Source: a virus (lineage: Duplodnaviria; Caudoviricetes). From it: a DNA stretch of 31,275 nucleotides. The notes below the pieces were generated by a model. The model was not told the DNA's origin. It worked only from the letters and a program-made list of their open reading frames with translations, and did not search any database. Positions 25,823 through 31,275 of the stretch are shown piece after piece (the first letter of the stretch is position 1; the number at the start of each line of letters is the position of its first letter). A program made the position numbers and the translations under genes. The stretch is from the IMG/VR virus record IMGVR_UViG_3300047557_001954, positions 1 to 31,275 of that record. One strand, 5' to 3'.

Positions 25823-26485
25823 ATGACGTATTGGAAATGGGATTCAGACCAGCTTTACAGGTCAAAACCGCCGCTTCAGTCGGTCACAGTGACTGTTCCA
25901 GAGCCTACTCATGAGTTATTCGATATCGTAACAACTAAAAACTATTTGAAGGTCGATTACTCAACTGATGATAATTTAATTGAGTTAATTTATAAGTCAG
26001 TTAGAAAACAGCTAGAAAATGAACTGGGCGGTGTTTTGATAGTAAAACGTGCAGTCACTCAAAAACAAACTGGCGGAATTGAAACTATTGACCTTCTGCG
26101 AAGCCCAGTAAATTCAATTACATCTGTGACTTATTATGAAGATTTTAATTCTACCGGTGAAGTTTTAAGCGCTTCGGATTATCGGTTTCATGACGGCCAG
26201 TTATACCACAAAGATGGATACTGGAAACAAGGCCGAGCAGGGAACGGTTATGTGATTGTCTATAACGCAGGTCACGTTGACGATTCCGGACAAGCCGCAG
26301 AAAATGCTACACCTTCAATCAGAATGGCGGCGCTTAGACTTATTGGATACTTGTATGAAAATAGGGAAGAATTCGCTACCACTATTTCAGAAGGCGGTTA
26401 TTCAATTTCATACAATACTATTGTAGGTAACAGCGAATTGAAAAACCTGCTAATGCCTTATATGAGCGCAAAGGCGGTGTTCTAA
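25823..26485 (+). CDS. Head-tail connector / adaptor (gp6-like)
   Basis: KNYLKVD..DDNLI, P.IRMAALRLIGYLYENRE, LLMPY. Confidence 0.88.
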   Translation: MTYWKWDSDQLYRSKPPLQSVTVTVPEPTHELFDIVTTKNYLKVDYSTDDNLIELIYKSVRKQLENELGGVLIVKRAVTQKQTGGIETIDLLRSPVNSITSVTYYEDFNSTGEVLSASDYRFHDGQLYHKDGYWKQGRAGNGYVIVYNAGHVDDSGQAAENATPSIRMAALRLIGYLYENREEFATTISEGGYSISYNTIVGNSELKNLLMPYMSAKAVF

Positions 26486-26800
26486 ATGCTAACAAGATTG
26501 CGGCAAAGGCTAGATATTCAGACGCTAAGCGTGACCAGCGCTGGCGGCGGTTGTTTTAATGAAACATGGACGACAACGGCAACACGCTGGGCTAATGTTC
26601 AGATTCAACGAGCGAGTGAGGAATTCAGTTATAATAAAGATCAACAGGCCAATTTTTATCGAATATTAATGCGCAAAGAATCGTTCACTAATAAAAACCG
26701 GTTCGTCTTTAATGGCCTAGTTTTGACGATCCAGTCAATCAGCGATCCGACAAGCGCAGGCCGAATGATGGAAGTCCTAGCAAGGGGTGAGCCAGCATGA
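26486..26800 (+). CDS. Head closure protein (SPP1 gp16-like)
   Basis: LRQRLDIQ...GGG...W.T.ATRWANV; gene order. Confidence 0.85.
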   Translation: MLTRLRQRLDIQTLSVTSAGGGCFNETWTTTATRWANVQIQRASEEFSYNKDQQANFYRILMRKESFTNKNRFVFNGLVLTIQSISDPTSAGRMMEVLARGEPA

Positions 26801-27288
26801 CAACAAGGATAGATGGTGAGCGCCTTCTTATGCAACAGCTTGAGCAATTGAAAAGACAATTCCCAGATCAGGTTAACCAGATCGTCTGGGAAGTCGCTCT
26901 AAATGATGTGGAGACCTACGCAAAAGAAAACGAAATACCGGTAGACACCGGAAGGTTACGAAACTCAATTCACACCGAATTTATAGCAGGATTTGCCGGA
27001 AAGAATCCATCTCCTACAACTTATAAAGACAATTCCGGAAATTCGTTCGATGGAAAGTTATCTGCCGGACTAGATAATAATTCGGTTGTGGTGGGTACGA
27101 ATTTAGAATACGCGCAGAAGATTAACCGGATCGGCGGCGGCGGCCCGAATTCAAGAAGAAAATCCAAAGGAGAAAAAAGACCTAAGGGATACGGTCAAGG
27201 ATTCTGGGATAAAGCAGTAAAGAACGGCGAAGCATCATTGATTCGTGAATTAACTGATTTAGTACGAAACGCAGGGGGGATGATTTAA
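26797..27288 (+). CDS. HK97 gp10-like neck/tail completion protein
   Basis: PVDTGRLRNSI, VGTNLEYA. Confidence 0.85.
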   Translation: MTTRIDGERLLMQQLEQLKRQFPDQVNQIVWEVALNDVETYAKENEIPVDTGRLRNSIHTEFIAGFAGKNPSPTTYKDNSGNSFDGKLSAGLDNNSVVVGTNLEYAQKINRIGGGGPNSRRKSKGEKRPKGYGQGFWDKAVKNGEASLIRELTDLVRNAGGMI

Positions 27289-27690
27289 TTGTCTGCCATG
27301 TGGGAAGCGCAAAAAGCATTGTACACAGCACTATCAACAGATAGCGCCTTTATGACAAAAGTAGGTAGCCGGTTATATGACGAGCCACCAACAAATGAGA
27401 CTTTCCCATATTGCGTACTTGGGAATATGATTGAACAGCGTTATAACCGCATCGGTAACAAAGGTTTTTCGATTTCTGCTAGAATGGACATATACACTAA
27501 GGCTGGCAGGTTAGGTTATAAACCAGCTAAGGAAATCCTAGTCGAAATGGACAGGGTTCTAAATCATAAGATTTTTAGCATGACCGGTTACAAGATGATT
27601 CAGTGTTTTTTTGAATCATCCGATACCGAACGAGATGAGGATAAGCGGATTATTTCCGCTTACTATACTATTTTAATTCAAGAAAATTAA
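27289..27690 (+). CDS. Tail terminator (DUF3168 / SPP1 gp17-like)
   Basis: QKALYTAL, LYDEPP...FPYCVLG; precedes the tail tube. Confidence 0.85.
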   Translation: MSAMWEAQKALYTALSTDSAFMTKVGSRLYDEPPTNETFPYCVLGNMIEQRYNRIGNKGFSISARMDIYTKAGRLGYKPAKEILVEMDRVLNHKIFSMTGYKMIQCFFESSDTERDEDKRIISAYYTILIQEN

Positions 27691-27704
27691 AGGAGGTTTT
27701 ACAA

Positions 27705-28103
27705 ATGGCTTTTTTCGCTAATGCTTCAGTCTTCAAATTGGGTTCTACGACTATTTCCGAAGTGACTTCAATTTCTGCACCGTCCATGACAGCGGACACG
27801 ATTGATGTAACAACTCATGGATCGGCAGACCGCCACAGAGAATTTATTCAAGGGTTGCGCGATGGTGGCGAAATCACTGTAGAAGGATTTTACACGACAG
27901 CAACGGCTAACACGATCGTTACACAATTTAACACATCCAGCACTGCGACAGCTACGATTGACCTGCCGACAACACCGAGCACCACGCGTTTTACGGCAAC
28001 AGTTATCTGTACAGCATTTAGCGCAGAATCACCGGTAGATGGCGCGATCGGTTACAGCGCGACTTTTAAGGTGACTGGCAAACCTTCACTGGGCACAATT
28101 TAA
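27705..28103 (+). CDS. Major tail tube protein
   Basis: Strong RBS; DTIDVTTH...REFIQGLRDGGEIT, SATFKVTGKP. Confidence 0.9.
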   Translation: MAFFANASVFKLGSTTISEVTSISAPSMTADTIDVTTHGSADRHREFIQGLRDGGEITVEGFYTTATANTIVTQFNTSSTATATIDLPTTPSTTRFTATVICTAFSAESPVDGAIGYSATFKVTGKPSLGTI

Positions 28104-28125
28104 TCATTGAATTGAGGTAGAAATC

Positions 28126-28431
28126 ATGAGAAAAAATTCAACTATCACGCTGGACAGGGAACGTGAATTGCGGTTGGATATGAACGCGATGGCAGAATTT
28201 GAAGAACTCACAGGCCGTTCGATTTTTCTGCTGCAAGAGAAATTAGCCGAAGCGCGGAACATGAGAGCGATTTTATTCTGTGCGATGCGGTCAGCCGGTG
28301 AAGATATTACGCTGGAGCAGGTAGGCGGATTAATTGATTTTAACAACTTGAAATATGTAATGGATACAGTACAGAAATTAATGACGGATTCATTTGGTGA
28401 ATCAGAGGAAACCGGCGAAAAGGGAAAGTGA
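28126..28431 (+). CDS. Tail assembly chaperone (gpG-like)
   Basis: Between tail tube and TMP; ends in the slippery sequence G GGA AAG. Confidence 0.85.
   Translation: MRKNSTITLDRERELRLDMNAMAEFEELTGRSIFLLQEKLAEARNMRAILFCAMRSAGEDITLEQVGGLIDFNNLKYVMDTVQKLMTDSFGESEETGEKGK
28422..28428 (+). other. -1 programmed frameshift site (GGGAAAG)
   Basis: In-frame G GGA AAG before the stop, same heptamer as lambda G-T; the next ORF is in the -1 frame. Confidence 0.85.
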
Positions 28432-28748
28432 AAGCGCCGGATTGGTCGGAATTATGGGCGATAGGGATATATGATTTAGGCCTAGATGATGACCAGTTTT
28501 GGCGATTGACCATTAGACAATTTAATAAATTGGTCGAAAGACATAAAGAAAACAAAAGAGCCGAGTTATTTAATTCGGCTCTTATTTGTTCAGTTATCGC
28601 AAATGTAAATCGAGGTAAAGGCAAGCCTTTTCAACCTTCGGACTTTATGCCGAAGGAAAATAAGAAAAAGGCAAAAATGACAACGGAGCAAATGGTCGAA
28701 ATGCTTCGAATGATAACCTTGCAAAATGGGGGTGAAGTAACTTGTTAA
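28428..28748 (+). CDS. Tail assembly chaperone frameshift extension (gpT-like)
   Basis: -1 frame relative to gpG; LGLDDDQFWRLT..F, PSDFMP. Confidence 0.8.
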   Translation: MKAPDWSELWAIGIYDLGLDDDQFWRLTIRQFNKLVERHKENKRAELFNSALICSVIANVNRGKGKPFQPSDFMPKENKKKAKMTTEQMVEMLRMITLQNGGEVTC

Positions 28749-31275
28749 AAGAGTTAATGGTCAGGATCGGAGCCGATCCGAGCGGTGTTGTCAAAGCTAT
28801 GACAACTGTTGGGAATCAGATTGCAGAAGCTACTAGCAGTTTCCGGACATTTGGAAATAATATTTCATCGGTTATGAATCGTTTCGACACTACAATGACA
28901 AATGTCGGCGCGACTGTAGGACAATTCGCTACGCAAGCAACTTCAAGATTTAGAACAATGTCGGATCAGGTTAGCCAGCATTTTAATAGAATGAGTGCGA
29001 ACATAGACCGAGAATTTAGAGAAGTCAGAAGCAGTTTTAGGCAAACGATCAACGAAACGGAAGCTTCAACCGATGAACTGGCCGCAGTAGGAGGCGGTAT
29101 GACTGCCGCGTTAACTCTGCCAATTATCGCGGCTGGAGCGGCTTCGATTAAACTTTCTTCAGATTTTAGTGAATCGTTAAATAAGGTTAATGTAGCGTTT
29201 GGTTCATCCGGTCAAGAGGTTATTGCTTGGAGCAAAACGAGCATTGAGCAAATGGGGCTTGCATCCGGATCAGCACTAGATGCGGCGGCACTATTTGGTG
29301 ATATGGCCACCAGTATGGGAATTAGTCAACAAAAAGCGGCTGATATGGCTATGAGTTTAACCCAGCTAGGCGCAGATTTGGCATCCTTTAAAAATATCCC
29401 GATTGAACAGGCTATGCAAGCATTGAACGGTGTCTTCACCGGTGAGACTGAAAGCCTTAAGATGCTTGGGGTTGTCATGACAGAAACCCAGCTTAAAGCA
29501 TTTGCACTAGAGCAGGGAATCACTAAAAACGTAGAAAAAATGACTGAAGCGGAAATGGTCGCACTTCGGTATGCGTTCGTGATGGATCGCACAAAGAATT
29601 CACAGGGTGACTTTGCTAGGACTTCAGAGGGATCGGCAAACCAAATGCGAATGTTTGGTGAACTGATGAAAGAAATAGGGGTACAGCTAGGCACAGTTAT
29701 CCTTCCTGTTTTTAATCAAATTATCAAATCCGTCAATGAAAAGCTAAAAGCATTTGCCGATTTGAGCGAAGGCACTAAAAAATTAATCGTAGTTTCCGGA
29801 TTATTAGCGGCCGCACTTGGCCCAGTGTTATTAATCATGGGTTCTATCGTTCCGTCTATCGTAACGGCAGTCGCGGCTTACCGAGCGCTTGGTGTTGCTA
29901 TGACAGTGACAGCAGGCACAGCCATGACAGCAGGTACGACAATGGGCGCGGCGATGACGATTGCAACTGGCCCAATCGGAATTATTACTGCCGCTATTGC
30001 CGGATTGGTAGCCGGTGCAGTTTACATGGCCAAAAACTGGGAAGATTTAAGTGTACGATTTAGGACAGCAGTTATGATAATGTCGCCGCCGGTTTATGGA
30101 CTTATTCAAACAATTAAATATCTGATGGACAATTGGGAAGATGTAAAGGCGACTGCATGGGCTTTAACTCAATATATTAAAAATTGGTGGTCGGATGCAT
30201 TTGAGACAATGGCAACGACAACAACCCAAAAGGTTAATCAGGTCAAAGCGATCATTGAATTTTTACAGTCAACTTTTCAACGCGTTTTCCCGAATATATC
30301 CGGAATTTTTACTCAAGCATTTTCTAACATTTCTAATTCAATCGGATTTGTAAGCGACAAATTTAATAATTTTGTAAATTCAATTCTGCAAAAACTAGGT
30401 GTAGCATTTCAAGATTCAGCGATGGCTGTAGAGGTTGCCGAGTACAAAAAGCAATATGCACTGAATAAATCAATTGAGAAAATCAACGAGAACGCTGGCA
30501 AAACGGACTATATGACAGACCGCACGCTTATTATGACCGGACGAGTGAAGGAAGCGGCAACAGCGCTGGATACAGAGACAACAGCAACAGATAAAAATGC
30601 ACAGGCAAAATCAAATGCGGCGCAAAAGGCCAAAGAACTGGCGGCAGAACAAGAAAAATTAATATCGTCTTCCGTTCGTCTAGCAGATCAATTAGGGAAT
30701 GCGGTCGTGTCTGCACTTAAAGCGCAGTACAGCAAGCAGGAGGAAGCCCAGCGAAACACTTTGCTAAAAATGCAACAGACACAAACGGATCACTATACAA
30801 AATTGAATGCACAATTAAAAACACAATATGATAAAGATGTAGCCAATTTTAAGGCATCCCAACAGAAAAAAATGGATGAATTAAAATCAGTATTTGATGC
30901 GGATATGTCAGCAATCGATGATGAAACAAAATTTAAAGTTAAAAATTTGAATGACCAAATTGCAGATATTGAAAAGCAAACAAGCGAAGAAGAAAAAGTT
31001 TTGAGAGCGGCAGAATTTGAAAAGGCTAGACAGCAAAAACATTCAGCAATTTTGGCCGCCACTACGGAAGGCGACAGAATAAAATTAGTTGAAGAATTGC
31101 GCGATATGGAAGCAAAACGAGAACGTGAATTGCTTCTAGAAAAAAGACAATTTGCAATTGAAGAAATCAGACGAGCACAGGAACTTATTCGTGAAGATGC
31201 AGAAAAGAGAAAGAAAGATAGAGAAAATCAATACAAACAGGAACTAGCTAGTGAACAGTCCGCACTGGATGAGGG
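28742..31275 (+). CDS. Tape measure protein, N-terminal part (about 1042 aa in total with 1-623; missing from the ORF track)
   Basis: TTG start, MLKELMVRIGAD..., GGMTAALTLPIIAAGAASIK, LFGDMATSMG, helical Ala/Gly/Trp repeats. Frame matches 39-623 across the overlap; I did not translate every codon. Confidence 0.9.
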   Translation, partial: MLKELMVRIGADPSGVVKAMTTVGNQIAEATSSFRTFGNNISSVMNRFDTTMTNVGATVGQFATQATSRFRTMSDQVSQHFNRMSANIDREFREVRSSFRQTINETEASTDELAAVGGGMTAALTLPIIAAGAASIKLSSDFSESLNKVNVAFGSSGQEVIAWSKTSIEQMGLASGSALDAAALFGDMATSMGISQQKAADMAMSLTQLGADLASFKNIPIEQAMQALNGVFTGETESLKMLGVVMTETQLKAFALEQGITKNVEKMTEAEMVALRYAFVMDRTKNSQGDFARTSEGSANQMRMFGELMKEIGVQLGTVILPVFNQIIKSVNEKLKAFADLSEGTKKLIVVSGLLAAALGPVLLIMGSIVPSIVTAVAAYRALGVAMTVTAGTAMTAGTTMGAAMTIATGPIGIITAAIAGLVAGAVYMAKNWEDLSVRFRTAVMIMSPPVYGLIQTIKYLMDNWEDVKATAWALTQYIKNWWSDAFETMATTTTQKVNQVKAIIEFLQSTFQRVFPNISGIFTQAFSNISNSIGFVSDKFNNFVNSILQKLGVAFQDSAMAVEVAEYKKQYALNKSIEKINENAGKTDYMTDRTLIMTGRVKEAATALDTETTATDKNAQAKSNAAQKAKELAAEQEKLISSSVRLADQLGNAVVSALKAQYSKQEEAQRNTLLKMQQTQTDHYTKLNAQLKTQYDKDVANFKASQQKKMDELKSVFDADMSAIDDETKFKVKNLNDQIADIEKQTSEEEKVLRAAEFEKARQQKHSAILAATTEGDRIKLVEELRDMEAKRERELLLEKRQFAIEEIRRAQELIREDAEKRKKDRENQYKQELASEQSALDE
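31248..31275. repeat. Terminal direct repeat (identical to 1-28)
   Basis: Exact 28-nt match. Confidence 0.95.

Noticed and set aside
94-31062. All minus-strand ORFs and nested plus-strand ORFs (e.g. 8574-8762, 19310-19495) in the track
   Set aside because: They overlap well-supported + strand genes and show no recognisable motifs; treated as shadow ORFs

Overview
Apparently complete ~31.25 kb circularly permuted siphovirus genome: bases 1-28 are identical to 31248-31275, and the tape-measure ORF reads in frame across the join. The host is a Bacillota member, probably Paenibacillus/Brevibacillus-like, judging from the XhlA-amidase-holin lysis cassette and sigA promoters. All credible genes are on the + strand. 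I found no integrase, no partition system, no tRNA and no CRISPR array. Gene order: tail tip, lysis, small early genes, recombination (annealase, SSB, Gp157), intergenic iteron origin with RHH, replication initiator and DnaC-like loader, dUTPase/RusA, terminase, portal-X-MuF fusion, protease, HK97-like capsid, decoration protein, two glycosyltransferases, head-tail joining, tail tube, chaperones, tape measure. The most notable items are: (1) two GT-A glycosyltransferases embedded in the head module next to very Ser/Thr-rich virion proteins, preceded by a riboswitch-like pseudoknotted leader that can pair with its own Shine-Dalgarno; (2) a three-domain portal gene with poly-A slippery tracts at both domain boundaries; (3) a capsid gene with two in-frame starts; (4) covarying repeated RNA hairpins between early genes; (5) an origin lying outside its initiator gene. 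All family calls come from motif recognition by eye; no database searches were run.
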